A DNA stretch of 27,298 bases. Source: a virus. Taxonomy: Duplodnaviria; Caudoviricetes. The stretch lies in IMG/VR virus record IMGVR_UViG_3300032254_000027, positions 1 to 27,298 of that record. One strand, written 5' to 3'. The notes beneath the pieces were generated by a model. That model saw only the letters and a program-made list of their open reading frames with translations. It ran no database searches and was not told the origin of the DNA. Of this stretch, positions 8,898-17,193 are shown one piece after another; positions within the stretch are counted from its first letter, which is position 1, and each line of letters opens with the position of its first letter. The position numbers and the translations under genes are program-made.

Positions 8898-10001
8898 TTA
8901 ATATCCCTTTCTACGTCTACGTAAAGTTTGTGTGAAGCCACCGCCACCACCAACATAAAACGTGTAAATCATTGCTGTACTAACAGTACCATCAGTACTG
9001 GTAAAAAATACCGTGATTGTTTCATCGACGGTAACCGGAGCCGATAAACCCCAAGTACCATCGGTATTGTAAGTAACCGTTTTACCAGTAACACTCGTTA
9101 ATGTTGTGCCGGTTATATTCATTCCCGCCGTTGGTGCCGCGCCAGAATAATTATAAAAGAATGAGTTAATCGTTAAGTCTAAAGGTAAGGCAGTAACAAC
9201 GGAACTATCCGTTGCAGCCGGTAAAAAGTTTACATTTGCAGTGTCCGAATTTATATCATCATCTAAATGCGTTAATACGGCTGTTGCATTATACAGTTCT
9301 GCAAGCGTTGCTGGTATTGTCGCAGTGACGACACCTGTACCTGACAGCGGATAATCTGTAATTGTAATTGCAGAACCATCTATATCGGCACTTGCAGGAA
9401 TAGCTGTAATACCATCCCATGTAGAACTGTTTGCTACAGTATAATTAAAATCTGTTTGCCCACGTCTTGCATCTGCATCTACTACTGAGAGTGCAACACC
9501 ACCACCTACTACTTGTGTTGTTGCAAAAACCGTTTTTCTAAAATTACCAGTACTATTATTTGTCCAATTTGCAGGCAATGCAGATGAACCCGTTAATGCC
9601 GATAAACTTTCTGCGGTTCCCTGCCAATCAGGTGAGAAAATACCTAGTGTTCCTGAAATAATACGGAAAGCTACAGCGTATAAATTTCCTTCAGTTAATG
9701 CGACAGGTGTTATTGCAGCCGTGACAAGGGTGTTTGTAGCATCACTGGGTGTACCATTTGGCCCAGTTATAGTGCCACTTGCAATAAGTGCGCTTGTAGG
9801 ATATCCGCTAGTAACATCATAAATCCCTACTTCAACAACAGCGTCAGAATACAGCGCGCAGTTCATACCAATTTCGTATACTTCTTCACCTGCTGGCGCG
9901 GTATACATATCGGCAGTAAATACATTTAATGCATGGTTGTCTGCGGAAGTTAATGGAAACTCACCAGCGAGTGCAGGATTACGTTGGCCTATATTTGCCA
10001 T
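8898..10001 (-). CDS. Multi-domain beta-rich adhesin/fibre-like protein with Gly-linked polybasic C-terminus
   Basis: 367 aa, T/A/G/S-rich and acidic, ends GGGGGFTQTLRRRRKGY; GAGG RBS. Confidence 0.6.
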   Translation of the reverse strand: MANIGQRNPALAGEFPLTSADNHALNVFTADMYTAPAGEEVYEIGMNCALYSDAVVEVGIYDVTSGYPTSALIASGTITGPNGTPSDATNTLVTAAITPVALTEGNLYAVAFRIISGTLGIFSPDWQGTAESLSALTGSSALPANWTNNSTGNFRKTVFATTQVVGGGVALSVVDADARRGQTDFNYTVANSSTWDGITAIPASADIDGSAITITDYPLSGTGVVTATIPATLAELYNATAVLTHLDDDINSDTANVNFLPAATDSSVVTALPLDLTINSFFYNYSGAAPTAGMNITGTTLTSVTGKTVTYNTDGTWGLSAPVTVDETITVFFTSTDGTVSTAMIYTFYVGGGGGFTQTLRRRRKGY

Positions 10002-11611
10002 TCTACAACCTCACTTATTTTAAAGTCGCTATAGCGTAATGTGAAAGGTGTTGCATTGTTTTGTGACCAATCAAAAAAGTCGAGCTTATCTAAAAACCCA
10101 TTTGTATAGTGTCTGTTAAACATGTTCGCTGCAGTGACTGCTTCAACACCATCAATCTCAACAGAAATAATACCATCTGCAATCTCGTTAAGCGCGGTTG
10201 TTCCGCTGTTATAACGTATACGAACTTTAAAATCGTATACCGTACCGACAACGGGCACCCAGTTAGAATTTCGTGTTCTTGTTACAGAAGTGTTTGGATT
10301 GTTCACTGTATAAGGATAATTTCTTGAGCCAATCCAAGACGGATTAGTGTTGACAAACTCAACGACATTATTCCCATCATTTTCTGTGCCTGCACCATCA
10401 CCAAATCCAATTCGACTTATAAAAGCTGTTTGTGGATAAGGCGCTATGGGGTTAAACCATTCAAGCTGCATTGTGAAGTTTGCATAATTTTGAGTACCAT
10501 TGATACCTCCCACTTTAAAGAATTTGCAAGCACCAAGACCATCTTGAAATTTAGCTTTAAACTCGACATAAAAATCTTGAAGTGCGAGAGACGGCGCATT
10601 GAAATACAATCCAGATAATATTCCCCATTGATTAGTACCTGCAACTGCAGCATTGATTGCAACATAATTTGTCATTGCACTAAACAGCGTATCTAGTGTA
10701 ATTGCAACTAATGATGATGTTCCATAAATAGGTGAGGTAACAACAATGTCACCACCAATGAGTGAGCATTCAGTGCCTGGCAAATCCACATTTATAGCTG
10801 CAATAACTTGGTCAACTGTTTCAGTACCTGTTGTTGTTATACTTACTGGGTATCCAACGCTATCAATTGTAATTGTTACCGTGTATGTTGCTGCTGCAAG
10901 TCCTGCTGCATCGGTACCTGTTAGTAGTCCGCCAAAATCGACTGTTTGTGACCCATTAGTTATAGATGCAGGAATAATGCTTTCAATGCATTTGCCAGAT
11001 GGGAAATCTAAATCATCTTCAATTGTCAGCGTTGCAGGGTTTGATGGGTCTATATAAGTACTCCAGCTCGTACCTGCATAAGTTGAATCAGGAGTTACGT
11101 TCCCGCCAGTAAACTCAGCACCTGTGAAATCTACATCTGCAAGAACCGTAAGTGTAGTTGCAGTTGGGGTAAACGCTACACTTGTTAAAATATTTGAATT
11201 GCCACCTGCTGTAACATGCATGAAATGGTTGTAGTGAATAACATCTGTTGCAAGCCCTGTTGAATTTGGGAATGTTTGTGTGCCGATTCCAGAGCCTGCT
11301 TGATTATCTGCAAAGACAGCCCCAGTACCAGTAATCAAATCCGCTTCACTAGGCGGTGTTATTGATGTTGAAACAAAACGATAAACTGTACCACCGGTCG
11401 TATCTGTATCAAATCCACCGCTTGCAGTTGTTGCACCTGTTGATGCGCCAGTGGGGTTAGAGATAACTGCAGCAACCGCGACATTATCATTAGCAGCAGT
11501 TGGGTCGTTGCTGTGTATACTTCCATCTAAATATTGCGTAAAAGCACTCATTAAAGGGCTATTCATACTGGCGGGTGGTTTAGTTTCTGGCATAACAATA
11601 AAGCAATCCAA
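9989..11611 (-). CDS. Multi-domain fibre/spike-like protein: FN3-like domain plus polysaccharide-lyase/ConA-like jelly-roll
   Basis: 540-aa ORF (start may be ATG 11593 or 11551); FYVEFKAKF, KFFKV, YDFKVRIRYNS...DGIISVEIDG, LRYSDFKIS pattern. Confidence 0.55.
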   Translation of the reverse strand: MDCFIVMPETKPPASMNSPLMSAFTQYLDGSIHSNDPTAANDNVAVAAVISNPTGASTGATTASGGFDTDTTGGTVYRFVSTSITPPSEADLITGTGAVFADNQAGSGIGTQTFPNSTGLATDVIHYNHFMHVTAGGNSNILTSVAFTPTATTLTVLADVDFTGAEFTGGNVTPDSTYAGTSWSTYIDPSNPATLTIEDDLDFPSGKCIESIIPASITNGSQTVDFGGLLTGTDAAGLAAATYTVTITIDSVGYPVSITTTGTETVDQVIAAINVDLPGTECSLIGGDIVVTSPIYGTSSLVAITLDTLFSAMTNYVAINAAVAGTNQWGILSGLYFNAPSLALQDFYVEFKAKFQDGLGACKFFKVGGINGTQNYANFTMQLEWFNPIAPYPQTAFISRIGFGDGAGTENDGNNVVEFVNTNPSWIGSRNYPYTVNNPNTSVTRTRNSNWVPVVGTVYDFKVRIRYNSGTTALNEIADGIISVEIDGVEAVTAANMFNRHYTNGFLDKLDFFDWSQNNATPFTLRYSDFKISEVVEWQI

Positions 11612-11679
11612 TTTATTTTATTTGATGTCGAGTATTTTAGCTTCTGGTGATGTTTTTTATTTTTATAAAATTTAGACAC

Positions 11680-11706
11680 AAAAAAACCAGCCGATTGGCT
11701 GGTCTT
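11680..11706 (-). terminator. tR'-like terminator of the late promoter
   Basis: ACCAGCC-AATC-GGCTGGT followed by a T run on the minus strand, about 35 nt downstream of the pR' -10. Confidence 0.8.
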
Positions 11707-11730
11707 TGAATTTGTTAGTCACTTTTCGCG

Positions 11731-11769
11731 AGTATGGTTCTTTTTACTGATTCTTGGGCGGCCAGTCAA
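11731..11769 (-). promoter_or_regulatory. pR'-like late promoter
   Basis: TTGACT (11764-11769), 17 bp, TAAAAA, then a second -10-like CATACT (11731-11736); immediately after Q as in lambda. Confidence 0.6.
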
Positions 11770-11777
11770 GCATTATT

Positions 11778-12158
11778 TTAAAAATAATTTCCGGCAATAA
11801 AATTTTCGCCTTGAGTTACCCAATCTCGATAAGTTCTTTCGGTTGTATTCATTTGCTTAGCCGCATATTTTCTTGTGAATTTACGTTGATATTTATAATA
11901 CAACGCCATGCTGTATGCGCCGTTGTATCGGCTTAATGAATTCATTGCATCATGTATTCTTGAAACTTCAGATGAAGGCGCACATCCCACAGAGCGTGTT
12001 ATAACTTCACCTATATGTGTAAACGACGCACTTGTTGCATAACCTAAACGATAATCAGATGATGTCGGTGAATTCATCCATTCACCCCAAGCTTTTAATA
12101 AATCACGTATTTTATCAATCGTTAGCATTTCAGTTACGTTGCGTTGTTGCTTTAACAT
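11778..12158 (-). CDS. Late antitermination protein Q-like
   Basis: LLKAWGEWM N-terminal motif, C-terminal HTH (RKYAAKQMNTTERTYRDWV..GENFIAG), GAGGTG RBS, followed by promoter and terminator. Confidence 0.8.
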   Translation of the reverse strand: MLKQQRNVTEMLTIDKIRDLLKAWGEWMNSPTSSDYRLGYATSASFTHIGEVITRSVGCAPSSEVSRIHDAMNSLSRYNGAYSMALYYKYQRKFTRKYAAKQMNTTERTYRDWVTQGENFIAGNYF

Positions 12159-12179
12159 TCAATCACCTCTTTATTATTA

Positions 12180-12440
12180 CTTTGCTACCCTTTAAAGGGT
12201 GGCAAGTAGGTTGTCTAGTTAAGAGTCACGCTATCATTGGGTTTTCCAACCTTGCTAACCTTGCTACCCTTTTTTCTCACGTATAGACATAAAATAAACT
12301 TAGTGAAATTATTAACGGTTATTATTTTCACTATATGCGCGCGTAAAATTGGGTAGCAAGGTTGGAACGTTAGCAACCCCCTTGCGGCTCTAAGCCCGCA
12401 GCTTGCTACCCTACTTGCTACCCTTTAAAGGGTGGCAAGG
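12180..12440. repeat. Iteron/palindrome array, putative replication origin
   Basis: TTGCTACCC and variants about 8 times in both orientations; 25-bp TTGCTACCCTTTAAAGGGTGGCAAG at 12182 and 12415; AT-rich centre. Confidence 0.7.
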
Positions 12441-12441
12441 T

Positions 12442-14682
12442 TTACAGGGGTGAATCGTCTGAATTAATTTTATGTATTACTTCATTCTCTGGCCGCACAT
12501 AAACCCAAATTTGTTTTTTGTTTCTTGTGGTACGTTTTTTTGCCCAATTCAATCGCTTCATTATTAACCCCACCCGAGTTTGCTCCGGTGGTTTTATTTG
12601 TGGCGTTGAATGTTTTAAAATGTCGCGCAAAATTTCGCTAGTGGTAATTTGATTAACATGTAAATTTTCAGGTAAATACAAATACTCTTGAACGTCCTCT
12701 TCCCAAGCATCACCATTAAATCTATTTTCTTGTTCATGATGAAAGATATTGCGTTCTTCGGGAGATACCCACCAAGGTGTACCCAAGCGATAATAATGAA
12801 GCGCCTCCGCCCACAGTTGATCCCGCGCTTCGCGTAAAGCGTCTAAACTAATTGCATTACAACGAATAGGCCAATAGCGTCGGTTACCGGTTACATCTTT
12901 TAGATATTGATCTTGATTTGTCGTACCAACAAACACACATTGACGTGGAAAATTAGAAGATTTTTTACCATAGCTAGGTCGATAATTATCTTCAAGAGCA
13001 GAAAAAAACGCTTTTGCTTTGTTTGATTCGGCTTTATTAAACGCATCGAGCTCGGCAATCTCATAAATCCATTTACCGCGTAATTGTTGGTACCCATCTT
13101 TACTGCCCAAATCAAAATGCGTTTCAGCGCCCCAAGGTGAAGCGAGTACTGCAACCGCTGTGGACTTGCCCGCACCCTGCCCGCCTTCTAATATTAAAAC
13201 GGTATCATTCTTAATTAATTTTGTTGGCTCGGCGTGAGCTCGCGCTACAGCACCAATTAACCACTTAATACCTACTAACTCACTATAATCTTCTTGCGCC
13301 GCCCCTAAAAAATCATGCAACCATGTCGCCATTCTTGGTTTGCCGTCCCATTTAAGGCCGTGCAAATATTCTAACACTGGGTGGTAACTCAGCATTTCTG
13401 CTGCCACCAAAACCGCACGCAACGCATCATTCTCTTTTGGTGTAAAACCATAATTTTGTGCGCACCAAATACAAAGCCGAGTGGTATCGCTTTCGGTCCA
13501 CTCACCCACTCGCGCGTTATGCTCAAACGGAGGCGTTTTGATTTTTATCACATCATAAGTAAAACGGTCATAGCGAAGTACGCCGCGCCAACGTGTATCG
13601 TTTTCTAAGATTAAAAAAACATTATTAACATCAGCAGAAATATTTCCCTGGCTTGTTCGGCTAAATTTATGCGTCCAGTCATCTTGTTTACTGGTAAAGC
13701 AATGTGCAACGGCATCGAGCCCTTCTGTCACATGCAAATCGTTAAAGTCTGTCCACTTCTCGCCGTTGCGATTCTTGAACTTAGGTAATGCTACGCGGCC
13801 TTTTATTTTTGCCGCAACTTTATTGGCTGTACTCTTACCGGGATTATTGACTGGTTTGTGTGTTAAGTAATCATCGTCAGCGGCAATAATAATATCGGTT
13901 TTTGGATGTAGCTTGCGTATCGCCTGCGCGACCGGTAGTAAATTGCCAACATTAAACGCCACATAAACCGGCAACCCTGTTGCTTCATGAATGCTCGCGC
14001 CGGTTGCATAGCCTTCACAAATAACAGCACGTAATAATTTCTCATCTTCAGTAAGTGGATTACCTATTAAATGAAAGTGCCCTCTTGGGCTAGCACCAAA
14101 CGGCCAAAACTCTTTATCGAGTTTATCGCCGCCTTTGGTAATACGTTCCTTACCGGCAGGATGAATAATTTGTAATCCGTGGAGCTCGCCGCCAATATCG
14201 TGCAGTGGAATAGCAAGCGCGCCAGAGGATGAATATTTAACGCCATAACCTTTTACTTGTTTACGAGTCAAGTATTCACTTGTACCACTCGAACTTAATT
14301 TATTGTTCGCCCATGCACGTTGTGCGCGCAGCGCTGCCCGGCGCGCAACTTCTTTTCGTTTTTTCTCAGCATTACGTTTATTAGCCGTTAACTGTTTTTT
14401 ATACCGCTCACGATCTAAATCAGAAAATACAGCTTTATCCGGTTCTATCTTATGAACATAACCATCTTTTGGGTCACCTTCTCGCCAGTCACCAAACGAA
14501 CCCACAATAATCGTTTGATTGTTATTGGTTGTAAACTCATGCAATACATACCAGGCGGTTTTATCTCTTGAGCCCTCAGGTCTAAAACGCTGCAATTGTC
14601 CGTTAACAATTAAATCCATTTCCGTTAAACCACCGATACCGGCAGAATACATTTGGTTAATTATTTTCGAAAATTCGCTCAT
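12442..14682 (-). CDS. Toprim primase / VapE-family P-loop helicase fusion
   Basis: ICEGYATG, IAADDD, TDFNDL (Toprim); Walker A GGQGAGKS, YEIAELD, FVGTTN, TGNRRYWP (VapE). Confidence 0.9.
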   Translation of the reverse strand: MSEFSKIINQMYSAGIGGLTEMDLIVNGQLQRFRPEGSRDKTAWYVLHEFTTNNNQTIIVGSFGDWREGDPKDGYVHKIEPDKAVFSDLDRERYKKQLTANKRNAEKKRKEVARRAALRAQRAWANNKLSSSGTSEYLTRKQVKGYGVKYSSSGALAIPLHDIGGELHGLQIIHPAGKERITKGGDKLDKEFWPFGASPRGHFHLIGNPLTEDEKLLRAVICEGYATGASIHEATGLPVYVAFNVGNLLPVAQAIRKLHPKTDIIIAADDDYLTHKPVNNPGKSTANKVAAKIKGRVALPKFKNRNGEKWTDFNDLHVTEGLDAVAHCFTSKQDDWTHKFSRTSQGNISADVNNVFLILENDTRWRGVLRYDRFTYDVIKIKTPPFEHNARVGEWTESDTTRLCIWCAQNYGFTPKENDALRAVLVAAEMLSYHPVLEYLHGLKWDGKPRMATWLHDFLGAAQEDYSELVGIKWLIGAVARAHAEPTKLIKNDTVLILEGGQGAGKSTAVAVLASPWGAETHFDLGSKDGYQQLRGKWIYEIAELDAFNKAESNKAKAFFSALEDNYRPSYGKKSSNFPRQCVFVGTTNQDQYLKDVTGNRRYWPIRCNAISLDALREARDQLWAEALHYYRLGTPWWVSPEERNIFHHEQENRFNGDAWEEDVQEYLYLPENLHVNQITTSEILRDILKHSTPQIKPPEQTRVGLIMKRLNWAKKRTTRNKKQIWVYVRPENEVIHKINSDDSPL

Positions 14683-14687
14683 TCAAG

Positions 14688-14888
14688 TTAACCTAAAAAT
14701 GCGTAAGCAACCCAAGAAACTAGCGAAACAAGAAGCGCAATTATCAAGTTATACCCAAAAACTATCAGAGGCGTGACATCCGGAAAATAACCGCCATTTT
14801 CAGGCGGCGGCGTTTTAAGATACGCAACTAAAATAGACATCAATGTTATTAATACTGGAATTATCCATATCGGAATTTGTATGCTCAT
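14688..14888 (-). CDS. Small two-TM membrane protein
   Basis: Two hydrophobic segments; ATGA coupled to the upstream ORF. Confidence 0.6.
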   Translation of the reverse strand: MSIQIPIWIIPVLITLMSILVAYLKTPPPENGGYFPDVTPLIVFGYNLIIALLVSLVSWVAYAFLG

Positions 14889-15064
14889 TTATTCTCATCC
14901 AATTCAAAACCATTATTTTCATTACGGCAATGGTAATAACCTAAATACCCGTTTACGCAATGTATACGCTGCGCGCGATGAACGCACACTTCACAATTTT
15001 TTTCTTTAACTTCATCATTTAAGACTTTTTTAAATGTTGGGTCTGCGTAAAGTTGTGTCGTCAT
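14885..15064 (-). CDS. 59-aa Cys-rich putative metal-binding protein (not in ORF track)
   Basis: MTTQLYADPTFKKVLNDEVKEKNCEVCVHRAQRIHCVNGYLGYYHCRNENNGFELDENK; ATGA overlaps at both ends. Confidence 0.7.
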   Translation of the reverse strand: MTTQLYADPTFKKVLNDEVKEKNCEVCVHRAQRIHCVNGYLGYYHCRNENNGFELDENK

Positions 15065-15633
15065 TTTTCTGCAAAACTCATATTAGGTAAGTTTTTCTTC
15101 TTTTGTTTTTTTGTGTTCCAGATAATATGAATACCGGGGTTTCTGGCGCAGAGATCTAAGTTGTCCCAGACAAACCACGCGTATTCAGTGCAGTCGCCGC
15201 CTTCTCCAGAAAAGTCAGGGCGGCGCGATAAGATGAATAAATGATCGGGCTCAATACCTTGCCACCATTCAAATCTCTTTTGAGCACCTAAAAAATTAAC
15301 GCGCAATAAATACGCAACAAACTGTGCTTCACCCAAGCTTTTCGTTAAAAATTCCTGCGCTAAACTAAAGGGTGGGTTTGTTATAATAATATCCGTTGAG
15401 TAATGGACCTTTAAGTAATCGCGCCCTTCAGTGAGTTCGCAATATTCTCGATGCAATGGTTGGAGTAATGAAACCTTATCGAATATAACGTCATCACCCT
15501 TGCATGGCTCCAAGAAATTTTTACCGCTCATGCATTTGGGTTTTAACTCAGCCAGCAATTCATCTACACACCATTTTGGTGTTGGATAAAAATCATTCTT
15601 GTTTCGCAGTTCACGTTTTTTTGCAGCGCTCAC
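15061..15633 (-). CDS. Orphan amino (N6-adenine-type) DNA methyltransferase
   Basis: DFYPTP, motif I-like LEPCKGD, motif IV ITNPPF, EYAWFVW. Confidence 0.8.
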   Translation of the reverse strand: MSAAKKRELRNKNDFYPTPKWCVDELLAELKPKCMSGKNFLEPCKGDDVIFDKVSLLQPLHREYCELTEGRDYLKVHYSTDIIITNPPFSLAQEFLTKSLGEAQFVAYLLRVNFLGAQKRFEWWQGIEPDHLFILSRRPDFSGEGGDCTEYAWFVWDNLDLCARNPGIHIIWNTKKQKKKNLPNMSFAEK

Positions 15634-15884
15634 ACCAAAGCCTTCCTTTCGTTATAAATTCGTAACACACGCGCAACCATATCGTTGTAATATTTTTCGG
15701 CCGCATCATCACCGCTCGTTTTTCTTACTCGTTGCGTTGCTTCTGCCAACCACGCATGGCGTTCTTCTTTATTGTTAAAATTATCCAGCGACCATGCCGC
15801 TAAACAATTCAATTGATGTTCTCTGTCTTTTAGTAAAGCTTGTTTATGTTGTTCGTAACTTTTACAACCGTGCCAGCAAATCAT
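15630..15884 (-). CDS. Hypothetical phage protein
   Basis: 84-aa ORF tightly packed in the operon, overlapping the MTase start. Confidence 0.6.
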   Translation of the reverse strand: MICWHGCKSYEQHKQALLKDREHQLNCLAAWSLDNFNNKEERHAWLAEATQRVRKTSGDDAAEKYYNDMVARVLRIYNERKALV

Positions 15885-15886
15885 GT

Positions 15887-16072
15887 TTAGCGGCGATACG
15901 ATGTATAACGTAGTTCGTTGTAAAATAAATTATGTACCGAAAAGTGACCCAACGCGTGATATGTACACAATTGGTCAGCTATTCGGAATTTCAGCTCATT
16001 CCCTTTTAAAGGTAGCAGATACATCACTTGACTTACTTCTTTATTTCTCTTTGCTATTTCATCATCAAACAT
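15887..16072 (-). CDS. Hypothetical phage protein
   Basis: 61-aa ORF with a TAATG overlap with the cII stop. Confidence 0.55.
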   Translation of the reverse strand: MFDDEIAKRNKEVSQVMYLLPLKGNELKFRIADQLCTYHALGHFSVHNLFYNELRYTSYRR

Positions 16073-16548
16073 TATTCAGGCTCCGCCATATCTTTAAGCA
16101 CATCGAGCAAGGCCATACCTTTTTCATAATCTTGCGCAAGTTCCGTTGCAATTTTTTTTAATTCAGCTTGGGTAAGTCGTCCATCAACAAGAGCTTGATG
16201 GATTGCCGAGGCTGTTTCGCCAAAGTCTTTTTGCCAATCTGTCATAGCAACAACTAAATCCATGTCAGCAGGAAACTCAATGGCCGGCAACGGAATAGCC
16301 GCATGATTAACTTCGGCAGCCAACACATGCAAAATATTAAAATCTTGAGAACCCAACATAACCGAACGCGATTCTTTAACACTTAAATTTGCAAAGTCTT
16401 CATTTCGGTTAGCTTTGTTTTGTAATGTTGCACCAGAAATACCGATAACTTTACCCAGCGCTTCTGCCCCTTTCTTTTTAGTATGTTGATCTCGATAACT
16501 ATGCACCGTGTCATAAATAACTTGGTCGATCACATCGATATCACTCAT
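16072..16548 (-). CDS. cII: CII-family phage regulatory protein
   Basis: GAEALGKVIGISGATLQNKAN HTH and ALVDGRLTQAE C-terminus; downstream of cro. Confidence 0.75.
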   Translation of the reverse strand: MSDIDVIDQVIYDTVHSYRDQHTKKKGAEALGKVIGISGATLQNKANRNEDFANLSVKESRSVMLGSQDFNILHVLAAEVNHAAIPLPAIEFPADMDLVVAMTDWQKDFGETASAIHQALVDGRLTQAELKKIATELAQDYEKGMALLDVLKDMAEPE

Positions 16549-16606
16549 GGTGAAAACACCTTTTTTTCACCGAGCTAAAAAAAACAAAATAACTTAATAT
16601 GAATTT

Positions 16607-16801
16607 ATGAATACACAAACGAAAAAAACACAACCCACCAATCCGCAACTTAATTTTATGCTTGGCGCACTGATTGGCTGCATTAACCAACTGCCAGAAA
16701 TAGAAAAAGCGTTTATTAAAAATTTGCTGTATCAAAAAATTCGATGCGTTGATGGGGAACATAAAACACCGCTTCAAACATTGATTAAAGCGTTGAGTTA
16801 A
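16607..16801 (+). CDS. Small antisense-oriented ORF between cro and cII
   Basis: 64 aa, amphipathic helical composition, TAATAT 6 nt before the ATG, hairpin directly after the stop. Confidence 0.45.
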   Translation: MNTQTKKTQPTNPQLNFMLGALIGCINQLPEIEKAFIKNLLYQKIRCVDGEHKTPLQTLIKALS

Positions 16802-16806
16802 TGAAT

Positions 16807-16839
16807 AAAAGAACCCCGCCATGTAATGGCGCTGGGTTT
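16807..16839 (-). terminator. tR1-like terminator downstream of cro (possibly bidirectional)
   Basis: Minus strand AACCCAG-CGCCAT-TAC-ATGGCG-GGGTTCTTTT. Confidence 0.65.
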
Positions 16840-16926
16840 GGTTAAGCAACCAATGAGGAGTTAACGTGTTATTACCGACACGATGGCGGCTGGGGGGGAT
16901 AGCTTGGTTTAATATTAAATATAAAA

Positions 16927-17121
16927 TCATGTGGCATTTTCACTTTTATGCTTTTGCATGAATTCGTAAAGCTTATTGATGGTATTAAATGATGGATTGG
17001 TTGCTTTATCCTGCCCTAACCGTTGTATAAACCAATAATTTACGCCTGACGCTTCTGCAAACGTGGGCCATTGGCCGCGATTCTTTTGCAGCCATGTAGT
17101 TAACTCTTTAATTTTGTCCAT
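16927..17121 (-). CDS. cro: Cro-like HTH repressor
   Basis: WPTFAEASGVNYWFIQRLGQ...NPSFNTINKL; divergent from cI. Confidence 0.8.
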   Translation of the reverse strand: MDKIKELTTWLQKNRGQWPTFAEASGVNYWFIQRLGQDKATNPSFNTINKLYEFMQKHKSENAT

Positions 17122-17127
17122 GCCTGC

Positions 17128-17191
17128 ACTCTAGGCATATTCGCCTACACAGTCAAGGCATACTTGCCTTTTAAACTAGTTTAATATGCCT
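17128..17191. promoter_or_regulatory. OR region: three 14-bp operators, pR and pRM
   Basis: AGGCATATTCGCCT (17133), AGGCATACTTGCCT (17156), AGTTTAATATGCCT (17178). pR is TTGACT-17-TAGAGT on the minus strand; pRM -10 is TAATAT (17182-17187). Confidence 0.8.
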
Positions 17192-17193
17192 AG

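Noticed and set aside
7660-11611. Diversity-generating retroelement or invertible fibre cassette
   Set aside because: No reverse transcriptase, invertase or TR/VR-like duplicated segment was seen.
12180-12440. CRISPR array or MITE interpretation of the repeats
   Set aside because: Repeats are short, in mixed orientation and irregularly spaced, with no cas genes; position fits a phage origin.
14688-14888. Holin call for the small TM proteins (also 20727-20870 and 23162-23401)
   Set aside because: They lie in early operons with no adjacent endolysin.
15020-15040. Possible programmed frameshift at the A-run in the 59-aa ORF
   Set aside because: The run is six A's (TTT AAA AAA GTC) and the frame is continuous.
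16541-16930. 129-aa minus-strand ORF between cro and cII
   Set aside because: It spans terminator hairpins and homopolymer runs and has an F-rich, non-protein-like composition. It does overlap both neighbours, so it is not fully excluded.
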